From contig NZ_LUJK01000007.1 in the NCBI RefSeq assembly GCF_001601825.1, positions 4,261 through 68,260 of the forward strand: 64,000 bases of DNA. Direction: 5' to 3'. The notes beneath the pieces are model-generated. The model searched no databases, was not told where the DNA came from, and worked only from the letters and a program-made list of their open reading frames with translations. Position numbers and translations under genes: made by a program. The stretch comes from Limnobacter sp. CACIAM 66H1 (lineage in GTDB: Bacteria > Pseudomonadota > Gammaproteobacteria > Burkholderiales > Burkholderiaceae_B). This document shows, in pieces, positions 9,347-18,514 of the stretch (its first letter is position 1; the number at the start of each line of letters is the position of its first letter).

Positions 9347-11752
9347 GTGTCCAATTTCATCGTTCGCAAAGTCGCCGTGCTCGGCGCTGGCGTGATGGGT
9401 GCACAAATTGCTGCCCACTGTGCCAATGCCAAAGTGCCTGTGGTGCTGTTTGACCTGCCCGCCAAGGAAGGCCCCAAGAACGGCATCGTAGACAAAGCCA
9501 TCTTGAACCTGACCAAACTGAAACCAGCTCCGTTTGGCGCGAAAGACGTTGCGCAATATGTGCAAGCCGCCAACTACGAAGAGCACCTGGAATTGCTGCA
9601 AGGCTGCGACCTGGTGATTGAGGCGATTGCCGAGCGCATGGACTGGAAACACGACCTGTACAAAAAAGTGGCACCGCACATCAATGCCACTGCCATTTTT
9701 GCAACCAACACATCGGGCTTGAGCATTTCCAAGCTCAGCGAAGGTTTTGATGCAGATTTGAAAGCCCGTTTCTGTGGCGTTCACTTCTTCAACCCACCCC
9801 GCTACATGCACCTGTGTGAACTGATTCCATTGAGCACCACACGTCAGGACATTCTGGACAATCTGGAAACCTTCCTGACCACCACCTTGGGCAAGGGCAT
9901 CATTACTGCCAAAGACACACCCAACTTCGTGGCCAACCGCGTGGGCGTGGCTGGAATGCTGGCCACCATGGCTGAAGCGCAGAAGTACGGTATTCCATTC
10001 GACATCGTGGACCAACTGACAGGATCCAAGCTGGGTCGAGCAAAATCAGCCACCTTCCGCACTGCGGATGTGGTGGGCCTGGACACCATGGGCCATGTGA
10101 TTGCAACCATGCAAAACACTTTGCCCAACGATCCGTTTGCACCCAGCTATGCCACACCCGCCGTGTTGAAAACGCTGGTAGAAAAAGGCGCCTTGGGTCA
10201 AAAAACCAAGGGTGGTTTTTTCAAGAAGGAAGGCAAGCAGATCATGGTGTTCGATGCGAACTCCAGCAGCTACGTGCCCTCTGAAGGCAAAGCCGATGAA
10301 GCCGTATTGAAAATTCTGAAGAACCGCAATGTGGCAGAACGCATGGCTGCTCTGCGTGCTTCCGAGCACCCACAAGCCAAATTCCTGTGGGCGATTTTCC
10401 GTGATGCATTCCACTACATCGCATTCCACCTGAACGAAATTGCAGACACCGCCCGCGACATCGATTTCTCGTTGCGCTGGGGTTACGGCTGGACAGAGGG
10501 TCCATTCGAAACCTGGCAAGCGGCTGGCTGGAAGCAGGTTGCCGAATGGGTGAAGGCTGACATTGATGCGGGCGAAGCCCTGTGCAATGCACCGTTGCCC
10601 GCATGGGTGTTCGAAGGCCCAGTGGCCGACAACGGCGGTGTGTACAGCACAGCTGGCGCATTCAGCCCTGCCAGCAATTCTTTTGTTGCTCGCAAGGATC
10701 TGCCTGTCTACAAGCGCCAAATTTTCCGCGCCAAAGTATTGGGCGAAACAACCGTGACTGGCCACAACGGTGGCACCACCATCAAAGAAAACGATGCAGT
10801 TCGCATTTGGACAGCTCCAGGTCATGATGATGTGTTGATCTTGTCGATCAAAACCAAAATGCACGCGATTGGCCCCGATGTGATCACCGGCACGCACGAG
10901 GCCATTGCCTTGGCCGAGAAGAGCTACAAAGGTTTGGTGTTGTGGAGCCCGGATGAGCCCTTCTCCGCAGGTGCCGATTTGCAAGCTATGTTGCCTGCAT
11001 TCATGCAGGGTGGCGGCAAGGCCATCGAACCCATGGTGGCAGAATTCCAGAAAGGCACTGCTGCGCTGAAGTATGCACAAGTACCCACCGTGGCTGCTGT
11101 AACTGGCCTGGCCTTGGGTGGTGGTTGCGAATTCGCAATTCACTGTGCTGCACGCGTTGCAAACCTGGAAAGCTACATGGGTCTGGTGGAAGTGGGCGTT
11201 GGCCTGATTCCCGGCGGTGGTGGCTTGAAGGAAATCGCGATCAACGCTGGCCTGGCTGCTCAAAAAGCAGGTTCATCCGATGTATTGGCTTTCCTGAAAG
11301 ACGGCTTCATGACCGCAGCAACCGCCAAGGTGGGCACATCGGCCATGGAATGTCGCGACCTTGGTTTCATCAAGGAATCCGACACCATCGTATTTAACAG
11401 CCATGAACTGCTGTATGTCGCCATTTCACGTGCTCGCGCCATGTTCGACAGCGGCTATCGTCCACCCCACAAAATCAAGGGCGTACCCGCCGCCGGTAAA
11501 TCAGGCTACGCCACCATCAAGGCGCAACTGGTCAACATGCGCGACGGCGGTTTCATCTCCGCTTACGACTTCCACTTGGGCTGTGTGATTGCCGAAGTGG
11601 TGTGTGGTGGCGAAATTGAAACTGGCTCCTTGGTGGATGAAGAATGGTTCCTGAACCTGGAACGCAAGCACTTCGTGAAGTTGCTCGACAACCCCAAGAC
11701 ACAAGAACGAATCATGGGCATGCTGCAAACCGGCAAGCCAGTGCGTAACTAA
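9347..11752 (+). CDS. 3-hydroxyacyl-CoA dehydrogenase / enoyl-CoA hydratase fusion (FadN-type)
   Basis: GTG start after a GAAGGAG RBS. Rossmann VAVLGAGVMG; motifs NTSGLS, GVHFFNPPRY, TPNFVANR. C-terminal crotonase motifs FSAGADL, LALGGGCE and VEVGVGLIP. Confidence 0.94.
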   Translation: MSNFIVRKVAVLGAGVMGAQIAAHCANAKVPVVLFDLPAKEGPKNGIVDKAILNLTKLKPAPFGAKDVAQYVQAANYEEHLELLQGCDLVIEAIAERMDWKHDLYKKVAPHINATAIFATNTSGLSISKLSEGFDADLKARFCGVHFFNPPRYMHLCELIPLSTTRQDILDNLETFLTTTLGKGIITAKDTPNFVANRVGVAGMLATMAEAQKYGIPFDIVDQLTGSKLGRAKSATFRTADVVGLDTMGHVIATMQNTLPNDPFAPSYATPAVLKTLVEKGALGQKTKGGFFKKEGKQIMVFDANSSSYVPSEGKADEAVLKILKNRNVAERMAALRASEHPQAKFLWAIFRDAFHYIAFHLNEIADTARDIDFSLRWGYGWTEGPFETWQAAGWKQVAEWVKADIDAGEALCNAPLPAWVFEGPVADNGGVYSTAGAFSPASNSFVARKDLPVYKRQIFRAKVLGETTVTGHNGGTTIKENDAVRIWTAPGHDDVLILSIKTKMHAIGPDVITGTHEAIALAEKSYKGLVLWSPDEPFSAGADLQAMLPAFMQGGGKAIEPMVAEFQKGTAALKYAQVPTVAAVTGLALGGGCEFAIHCAARVANLESYMGLVEVGVGLIPGGGGLKEIAINAGLAAQKAGSSDVLAFLKDGFMTAATAKVGTSAMECRDLGFIKESDTIVFNSHELLYVAISRARAMFDSGYRPPHKIKGVPAAGKSGYATIKAQLVNMRDGGFISAYDFHLGCVIAEVVCGGEIETGSLVDEEWFLNLERKHFVKLLDNPKTQERIMGMLQTGKPVRN

Positions 11753-11767
11753 TTAAGGAGAGCAAAC

Positions 11768-12967
11768 ATGGCTCAAACTTGTAAAGATGTTTACATCGTC
11801 GCAGCAACGCGCACCCCAATCGGCAAGGCGCCCCGTGGCGTGTTTAAAGACACCCGCCCCGACGACCTGCTGGTGCATGCCATTGCCAGCGCAATGGCCC
11901 AAGTGCCAACGCTCGACCCAGCTTCAATCAACGATGCGATCGTGGGTTGTGCATTCCCCGAAGGCGAGCAGGGCATGAACATGGCCCGTATCGCTGTGTT
12001 GCTGGCAGGCCTGCCCAACACCGTCGGCGGCGTCACCATCAACCGCTTTTGTGCATCAGGCATTACGGCAGTTTCAATGGCAGCCAACGCCATTGCCATG
12101 GGCGAAGCCGAGGTCATGATCGCAGCCGGTGCCGAAAGCATGAGCATGGTACCGATGAGTGGCAACAAGCCCAGCTTTAACAACGCAATTTTCCAGAAAG
12201 ACGAGAACCTGGGCATTGCCTACGGTATGGGCATGACCGCAGAGAAGGTTGCCCAACAATGGGGTATTAGCCGCGATGCACAGGACGAGTTCGCTTTGAA
12301 CAGCCATAAAAAGGCAATCGCTGCCCAACAGGCTGGCGAGTTTAACGATGAAATCACGCCGTTCACAGTGGTCAAAGCCACGCCCGATTTGTCCACTGGC
12401 GAAATCAAAACCAGCACCAAGGAAGTAAAGCTGGATGAAGGCCCCCGTGCCGACTCTTCGATTGAGGGCCTGACCAAACTCAAGCCCGTATTCGCTGCGA
12501 AGGGATCAGTGACCGCTGGTAACAGCTCGCAAATGAGTGACGGTGCAGGTGCGCTTATTCTGGCCTCTGAAGAAGCCGTGAAGCGCTATAACCTCACCCC
12601 CCTGGCCAAGTGGCGCGGTTTTGCCGTGCGTGGCGTGCCTCCCGAAATCATGGGTATTGGCCCCAAGGAAGCAATTCCTGCCGTGTTGAAAACAGCTGGC
12701 CTGAAAGCCAGCGACATCGACTGGTTTGAATTGAACGAGGCGTTTGCGGCACAGTCTCTGGCCGTGATGAAAGACCTGGAACTGGACCCAGCCAAGGTGA
12801 ACCCCATGGGCGGTGCGATCGCCTTGGGCCACCCCCTGGGTGCAACCGGTGCAATTCGTGCTGCCACGGTGGTTCATGCACTGCGCAGGCACAACCTGAA
12901 ATACGGCATGGTCACCATGTGTATCGGCACTGGTATGGGTGCAGCAGGTATTTTCGAGCGCGTATAA
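11768..12967 (+). CDS. fadA: Acetyl-CoA C-acyltransferase (3-ketoacyl-CoA thiolase)
   Basis: Thiolase motifs NRFCASG, NEAFAAQ, GAIALGHPLGATG and TMCIGTGMG. Confidence 0.95.
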   Translation: MAQTCKDVYIVAATRTPIGKAPRGVFKDTRPDDLLVHAIASAMAQVPTLDPASINDAIVGCAFPEGEQGMNMARIAVLLAGLPNTVGGVTINRFCASGITAVSMAANAIAMGEAEVMIAAGAESMSMVPMSGNKPSFNNAIFQKDENLGIAYGMGMTAEKVAQQWGISRDAQDEFALNSHKKAIAAQQAGEFNDEITPFTVVKATPDLSTGEIKTSTKEVKLDEGPRADSSIEGLTKLKPVFAAKGSVTAGNSSQMSDGAGALILASEEAVKRYNLTPLAKWRGFAVRGVPPEIMGIGPKEAIPAVLKTAGLKASDIDWFELNEAFAAQSLAVMKDLELDPAKVNPMGGAIALGHPLGATGAIRAATVVHALRRHNLKYGMVTMCIGTGMGAAGIFERV

Positions 12968-12990
12968 ATCCAGCGTTCAAGCAGCATCAG

Positions 12991-13018
12991 AAAGCCCCGA
13001 TTTGTCGGGGCTTTTTTT
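12991..13018 (+). terminator. Rho-independent terminator of the fad operon
   Basis: AAAGCCCCGA-TTTG-TCGGGGCTTT followed by a T run. Confidence 0.88.
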
Positions 13019-13095
13019 GTGTATAAGGAAATGAACAAGGAACCAAGCGCCACTGAATGCTACCCACTTCTTTCACTTCAAACAGGGAGATACAC

Positions 13096-13689
13096 ATGGG
13101 ATGGTTCGGCGTTAGCAATTCAGCCAATCGCAGCAACAACTTGGAAAGCATGACGATTGATTTAAACAACACCAGATTTTTGAAGAACACGACCGGGCAG
13201 ATGCTTGCCGCCACTGACTATCAATTGGGTCGTGCCAATGCATTGGCCGGGGTGGTGGGTAGCCAACAGTCGACGCAACTTTACACTCGTAACAATGTTT
13301 CAAGCACTGCAGGCGAATTGGCCACCGAATTGCGTTTTGCAATTCAGGATGGTCAGCGTTTCCGTGCAGCAATCAGCGAACTTAATTCTGAAATTACAGA
13401 GGGTACGGAGATAGTCGAGAATTTATTGAGCCAATACCATCAGCCACGTGGGCAAAGAACCTTGCGTTTTGGACCTCAGAATGTACCGCCCTCAGGTAAA
13501 GAGATCGCCGTAGTCAGCGACCAGGTCGCAAACACCTGCATTTCGAAGGTGGCAAAGTTCTCGCAAATCAATCAGTCCAGTATGGCGCGTTCCTTTGGAA
13601 TTATTGAAAAAGCAGATGGGCTTGTCACTGGTCAGGTTAATTCCGAGCAACGGCCAGAATCATACCTTCGTCAACTTTTAAATTCATGA
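13096..13689 (+). CDS. Hypothetical protein, no recognisable family (197 aa, Asn/Ser/Gln-rich)
   Basis: AGGGAG RBS before ATG 13096. The ORF fills the gap between the fadA terminator and a downstream hairpin (GCAGCCT-N6-AGGCTGC). No competing long ORF. Confidence 0.75.
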   Translation: MGWFGVSNSANRSNNLESMTIDLNNTRFLKNTTGQMLAATDYQLGRANALAGVVGSQQSTQLYTRNNVSSTAGELATELRFAIQDGQRFRAAISELNSEITEGTEIVENLLSQYHQPRGQRTLRFGPQNVPPSGKEIAVVSDQVANTCISKVAKFSQINQSSMARSFGIIEKADGLVTGQVNSEQRPESYLRQLLNS

Positions 13690-13808
13690 TGTTTCCGCAG
13701 CCTTGAAACAGGCTGCGCACTTGCTTGACCCGGCATGGTTGTCCGGAAATCGTTGCCGGGGCGTATTAGAATGATCCTTTGTACCTAACTTGGGGTAGCA
13801 CGCGCGCA

Positions 13809-14576
13809 ATGGACATTCAAACAGAAATCAACAACGGCTTGATGACTATCACCATCAACCGGCCAGAACGCAAAAACTCATTCACCAACGCCATGTACAC
13901 TGCGCTGGCGGACGCTTTTCGCGATGCAACGCACAGCAGTGGCGTGAAAGTGGTGTTGCTCAAAGGCCATGAAGGCTGTTTTTCTGCCGGTAACGACCTT
14001 GGCGATTTTCTGAACAATCCGCCCACCGATCTCGATGCGCCTGTGTTTCGATTTCTTCGGATGATCTCCGTGTTCCCCAAGCCAGTGGTTGCGCAAGTCC
14101 AAGGTCTGGCCATTGGCATCGGAACCACTGTTTTATTGCACTGTGATTTGGTGTACGCCGCAAGCACCGCAAAATTTTCCATGCCTTTCGTAAAACTGGG
14201 TCTTTGCCCGGAAGCGGCGTCCAGCCTGTTGCTGCCCATCTCTGCGGGTTACCAGAAGGCGGCTGAACTGTTATTGCTGGGCGATATTTTCACCGCCCTA
14301 AAAGCCTACGACACCGGCATTGTTTCCGATGTGCTTGAACCTGAAGCGCTGGATGCCCATGTGCAGGCGCAGGTTAAAAAACTGCTCGACTTGCCGCTCA
14401 CAAGCCTGTTGACCACCAAGCGCTTGATGAAGTCAGTCAACAAAAATGCAGTGGCCGAAAAAATGGCCGAAGAAGGCCACCTGTTCATGAGTATGATTCC
14501 GCAAGCCCCGGCGCAAGAGGCATTTAAGGCATTTGGCGAAAAACGCGCTCCCAATTTCAAGCAGTTCGAGAACTAA
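13809..14576 (+). CDS. Enoyl-CoA hydratase/isomerase family protein
   Basis: Crotonase motifs ITINRPERKNSF, FSAGNDL, GLAIGIGTT and PFVKLGLCPEAASS. Confidence 0.93.
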   Translation: MDIQTEINNGLMTITINRPERKNSFTNAMYTALADAFRDATHSSGVKVVLLKGHEGCFSAGNDLGDFLNNPPTDLDAPVFRFLRMISVFPKPVVAQVQGLAIGIGTTVLLHCDLVYAASTAKFSMPFVKLGLCPEAASSLLLPISAGYQKAAELLLLGDIFTALKAYDTGIVSDVLEPEALDAHVQAQVKKLLDLPLTSLLTTKRLMKSVNKNAVAEKMAEEGHLFMSMIPQAPAQEAFKAFGEKRAPNFKQFEN

Positions 14577-14600
14577 TCCAACAAGAACCAAAGGCTCAGC

Positions 14601-15401
14601 ATGACCGTTGCACTTTCAGAAATTTTATCCAGCCGCCGATTGAGTGGTGACACCGTCACATTCACCGCCACAGAGGACTGGATGCAGGGCCGCACCATGT
14701 TCGGTGGTTTTCTATCTGCGCTTGCTGTGGTCGCCATGCGCGACACCTTAGGTATTGACATGCCGTTGCGTGCACTACAAACTAATTTTGTGGGCCCAGT
14801 GCCCGCCGGCGATGTGGTGTACCGCACGCGTTTGCTCCGGCAGGGCAAAAGTGTCAGTCAGGTGCAATGCGAAATTTACAGTGACGAAACGCTGGCAGGT
14901 TTGGTGGTTGGCGTATTCGGGGCACCGCGCGAAACTGCCTTGCCAGTGCTTAGTCCGCAGCACAAACCGCTGCCCAAGCCAGTGGACGAGATCGCGCCGT
15001 TGCCTTTTATTCCGAAAATTACACCCAACTTTTTGCAGCATGTTGAAATGCGTTGGGCACTAGGCAGCATTCCCTACATGGGCAACCCGTTTTGGGAAAG
15101 CGGTATTTACATTCGTGCCACAGACAAAAACCTGAGCCCCGAGGTGTTGATTGTGATGCTCAGTGATGGCCCGCCCACGCCGTGTCTTAGCCACTTCAAA
15201 GGCCCGGTCATGGCCAGTTCTGTCAGTTGGTCGCTTGAATTGCCACCCATTCCTGCAGACATCGACAGTGAAGGCTGGTTCCAAATCGACATGGAAACCA
15301 AGGCCGGTTCTGACGGTTACGTCAATCAGAGTGCCAAGTTGTGGACTCCGAAAGGCGAGTTGGCCTCTTTGGGTTATCAAGTGGTGGCAGTGTACGGTTA
15401 A
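14601..15401 (+). CDS. Acyl-CoA thioesterase (double hot-dog, TesB-like family)
   Basis: Motifs WMQGRTMFGG, LQTNFVGPV, RLLRQGK and C-terminal LWTPKGELASLGYQVVAVYG. Confidence 0.88.
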   Translation: MTVALSEILSSRRLSGDTVTFTATEDWMQGRTMFGGFLSALAVVAMRDTLGIDMPLRALQTNFVGPVPAGDVVYRTRLLRQGKSVSQVQCEIYSDETLAGLVVGVFGAPRETALPVLSPQHKPLPKPVDEIAPLPFIPKITPNFLQHVEMRWALGSIPYMGNPFWESGIYIRATDKNLSPEVLIVMLSDGPPTPCLSHFKGPVMASSVSWSLELPPIPADIDSEGWFQIDMETKAGSDGYVNQSAKLWTPKGELASLGYQVVAVYG

Positions 15402-15480
15402 GTCTTTGTGGCTGATCCCGCTATTGACTGAACTTTCGTTTTTTCGAGGCTGTCGAAATCTCGAAGGAGACGGTTGAATC

Positions 15481-15825
15481 ATGAAACATGCATTGCTCAC
15501 ATTTGGATTTTTTGCCCTGTTATGGCTGATTTCGCCGGCAAAAGCAGAATCCTTGCGGTGTTCCCAGGGCAGTGCTTATGAGGGCGACAGCAGGGTATCG
15601 GTATTGTACAAATGTGGACAGCCGGCTCTCAAAGATACTTTTTGTGATCCAGTGTATTTTCCGGGTACTCTGCACCCGGTTCCCTCTCCTTTTGCCCAAT
15701 CGGTGGCGCCGTGTCTGCCGGTGGAGGTGTGGGTGTATGACAGAGGGCAAGGTAATTTGATCGCTACCGTGCGCTTTCGCGGGGGTGTGGTCCAATCCAT
15801 TTCATATGGACGGCAACCCGATTAA
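15481..15825 (+). CDS. DUF2845-like exported protein
   Basis: Signal peptide ending AKA, then SLRC...EGDSRVSVLYKCGQP...EVWVYDRG...VRFRGGVVQSI, matching the recalled DUF2845 pattern. Confidence 0.75.
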   Translation: MKHALLTFGFFALLWLISPAKAESLRCSQGSAYEGDSRVSVLYKCGQPALKDTFCDPVYFPGTLHPVPSPFAQSVAPCLPVEVWVYDRGQGNLIATVRFRGGVVQSISYGRQPD

Positions 15826-15890
15826 ATCCACTGAGTCATTGTTTTAAACCAATCAGGCCTGGCAGCCGCCAGCCATCTTGGACACATTTC

Positions 15891-17457
15891 ATGAATCATA
15901 CAAACAAAAGGTTTTCGATTGTTCTGGTTTGGCTTTTGGTCTGGTTGGTGGGCTCCTTACTGGGCACCCTGGTGCAGTCACAGGTGAATTTGCAGGCCCT
16001 GCAAAGTCTGGGTGTATTGATACCGCTGGACACTCGATTTCACACCACCCTTCACGATCTCGGGAACTTCTCGCCAGTCTATGCGGTCATTTTCGGGTGC
16101 AGTTTTGCGGTATCCCAGGCCGTCGCATTGCTGTTTACGCGTTTCACCGGCACTGCGTTGCGCACCTTTTTGGTGTGTTTTCGGTGCTGTTTTGGGCCTG
16201 TGGGTAACTTTCAAAGTGGTTGATATGATTGCACCAATGCCAATACTGATTTCATCCACCCGCACCGCTGGCGGCATGTTTTCCATGCTCGCGGCTGCTG
16301 CAGTTTCGGGCGCCTTGTTCGCCAAACTGTCGACCCGCAAACTGTCGGCCAGTCCAGCACTTGTTGCCTTGTTGATTGCGGGTATTGCGCTGTCGCCCGA
16401 CCAAGCCCGGGCCCAATCTGCCAAACCGTACACCATTGAAACTTTTGCCGATGGTTTGGACAGTCCCTGGTCCATGGCTTTTCTGCCAGATGGCCGCGCT
16501 TTGATCACCGAGAAACCCGGCCAGCTTCGGCTGGTGGCTGCCGATGGCAAATTGATGAACGCCCCAATCGCCGGTGTCCCGAAAGTATTTTATGGCGGTC
16601 AGGCAGGTTTGTTTGACGTCCTGCCCTCGTACGATTTCGCGCAGAGTCAGCAAATCTTCATCAGCTATGCCTGCGGCACGCGCAGTGCAAACCATCTGTG
16701 TGTCGCCAGCGCCAAGCTTGGCGAAAACAGCCTTGCGAATGTCAAAGAAATCTTCCGTTCGCAAATGGCCAAGTCAGGCAGTGCGCACTACGGCGGGCGA
16801 ATGGCATGGATGCCCGATAACACTTTGATCGTGACGCTTGGCGACGGTTACAGCTACCGCGAAGAGGCGCAGAACCTGTCGAATCATCTCGGGAAAATTG
16901 TTCGGCTCAATGTCGATGGTTCGGTGCCCAAGGACAATCCCTTTGTGGGCAAACAGGGCGCCAAACCTGAAATTTACAGCTATGGTCATCGCAACGTTCA
17001 GGGGCTGGCTTATGACGCAGTCAACAAGCGCTTGATCGCTCATGAACATGGCCCGCGTGGTGGCGACGAAGTGAATGTCATCACCCCAGGCACCAATTAC
17101 GGTTGGCCAAAAGCCACCTACGGTATCGACTACACGGGTGCCCAAATTTCTCCCTACAAAGAATATGAAGGTACCCAGCAACCTGCGATTTACTGGGTGC
17201 CTTCCATCGCGCCCTCCGGAATCACCGTGTACAACGGTGACATGTTTCCCCAGTGGAAAGGCAATTTGCTGGTGGGGGCACTCAAGGCTCAGCAGGTCAG
17301 CAGGGTTGTGTTAAAAGGCAACAAGGCGACCGAGGAGGAAGTGTTGTTCAAAGAAGTCGGTGCGCGTTTTCGTGACATTCGCACCGGTCCCGATGGCGCA
17401 ATTTACCTGTTGACCGACAGCTCGGATGGCAAGGTGCTTCGGGTAAGTGCAAGATAA
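15891..17457 (+). pseudogene. Multi-pass membrane domain fused to PQQ-dependent aldose sugar dehydrogenase (YliI/Asd-type), split by an apparent +1 frameshift at the T5 run 16167-16171
   Basis: ORF 15891-16223 gives TM helices 1-2. The +1 frame continues as FWCVFGAVLGLWVTFKVV, two more hydrophobic segments and sGDH motifs (PWSMAFLPDG, HYGGRM, YGHRNVQGL, EHGPRGGDE, NYGWP, RFRDIRTGPDG). Deleting one T gives a single 521-aa ORF. Confidence 0.75.
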
Positions 17458-17522
17458 TCTCCTGCCACGGTCTGTTTACCTGCCCCCTTGATTGGGCTAG
17501 TCTTGAGAAACAAGGGGGCGAC

Positions 17523-17789
17523 ATGGAAATTGTGTACAAAGCGGGCAATCTCATCGAGGCGCATATTGTTGCCGGCATGCTGAACGCCTGCGAAATACCC
17601 GCTTACGTGGGTGGTCATTTTCTTCAGGGTGCAGTCGGGGACCTTTCCCCCACCGGTTTTGCCAATGTTTTAGTAGCGCCTGAGCACTTTGATCAAGCTG
17701 CCCAATTGGTTGCCGATTATGAAAAAAGTGACGTACCCTCCGCCGATTCGCTGAGGTCTCCAGGGTTTGTCCATTCGTTCCAGAAGTAA
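17523..17789 (+). CDS. DUF2007 / putative signal-transducing small protein
   Basis: MEIVYKAGNLIEAHIVAGMLNACEIPAYVGG...G..VLV...A..LV matches the recalled DUF2007 pattern. Confidence 0.75.
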   Translation: MEIVYKAGNLIEAHIVAGMLNACEIPAYVGGHFLQGAVGDLSPTGFANVLVAPEHFDQAAQLVADYEKSDVPSADSLRSPGFVHSFQK

Positions 17790-17855
17790 GTGTTTGAGTG
17801 CTATGGTTTGGCGCTATACTTCGTTCCCGATCTTTCTCTTTTCCCCTGGAACCTC

Positions 17856-18143
17856 ATGGCGCTCAAATCCACCGATATGGCTAAAAACATGGCCAAGAAA
17901 CTTGATGGTTCGCTGAAATCTGAAAGTCTTCCCGACCGTTTCGGCCAAGCCTCCAAAGCACAAAACAACAAACGCGAGCGTGCCGCTGATATTCCCGCCA
18001 GCAAACTGGTTCCGGTGAACTACCGTCTGCCTGCTGATTTGGTCAGTCGCCTGCGTGATCACGCGTTGACTACTGATGAAGGCATTAATCAGGTAGTTGC
18101 AACCGCCCTGAACGACTGGCTGAACGCTCAAACAAAAAAATAA
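17856..18143 (+). CDS. Conserved small hypothetical protein with a possible C-terminal ribbon-helix-helix fold
   Basis: MALKSTDMAKNMAKKL...LVPVNYRLPADLVSRLRDHA...GINQVVATALNDWL shows a beta-alpha-alpha pattern. The start codon is uncertain. Confidence 0.7.
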   Translation: MALKSTDMAKNMAKKLDGSLKSESLPDRFGQASKAQNNKRERAADIPASKLVPVNYRLPADLVSRLRDHALTTDEGINQVVATALNDWLNAQTKK

Positions 18144-18514
18144 AGACCGCTTGCTGCGAAAGTCGGTCCGTTCCCTGTTTTTCTTGACGGGGAAGTTGGC
18201 GCATTCTCCTTGTCAATTAATATCGATCTATTAAGTAGTTTTTTTGTAGATTGATTGTTTATTTGCCCAGAACGGGGGTTTTTAATTCCCTTTTGGAACT
18301 TTATTGTTTTTCGGTGCTTGTGGCGCTGCATTTTTTGATTTGAACTTCTCCCTGAATGGCTCATGCTGTGGTTTCTGCGTATATGGAAAACCACAATTGC
18401 TGCGCGTCACGGGCATGCTGATACTCCATCCACCTGCGCAGATATGTGTGGAAATTCAATAAGAAAAACAGCTTTCGCAGTTGACATTCTGATACCAATC
18501 ACAAGGAGAGTTCC

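Noticed and set aside
10046-11263. Long antisense ORFs (405 aa here; also 8978-10015, 46771-47724 and many shorter ones)
   Set aside because: They lie wholly opposite well-supported genes, have no motifs or RBS, and are the usual shadow of biased codon usage.
13096-13116. Possible eukaryotic N-myristoylation signal (MG...) on the orphan protein
   Set aside because: MGWFGV lacks Ser/Thr at position 6 and has bulky aromatics at positions 3-4, which is a poor fit.
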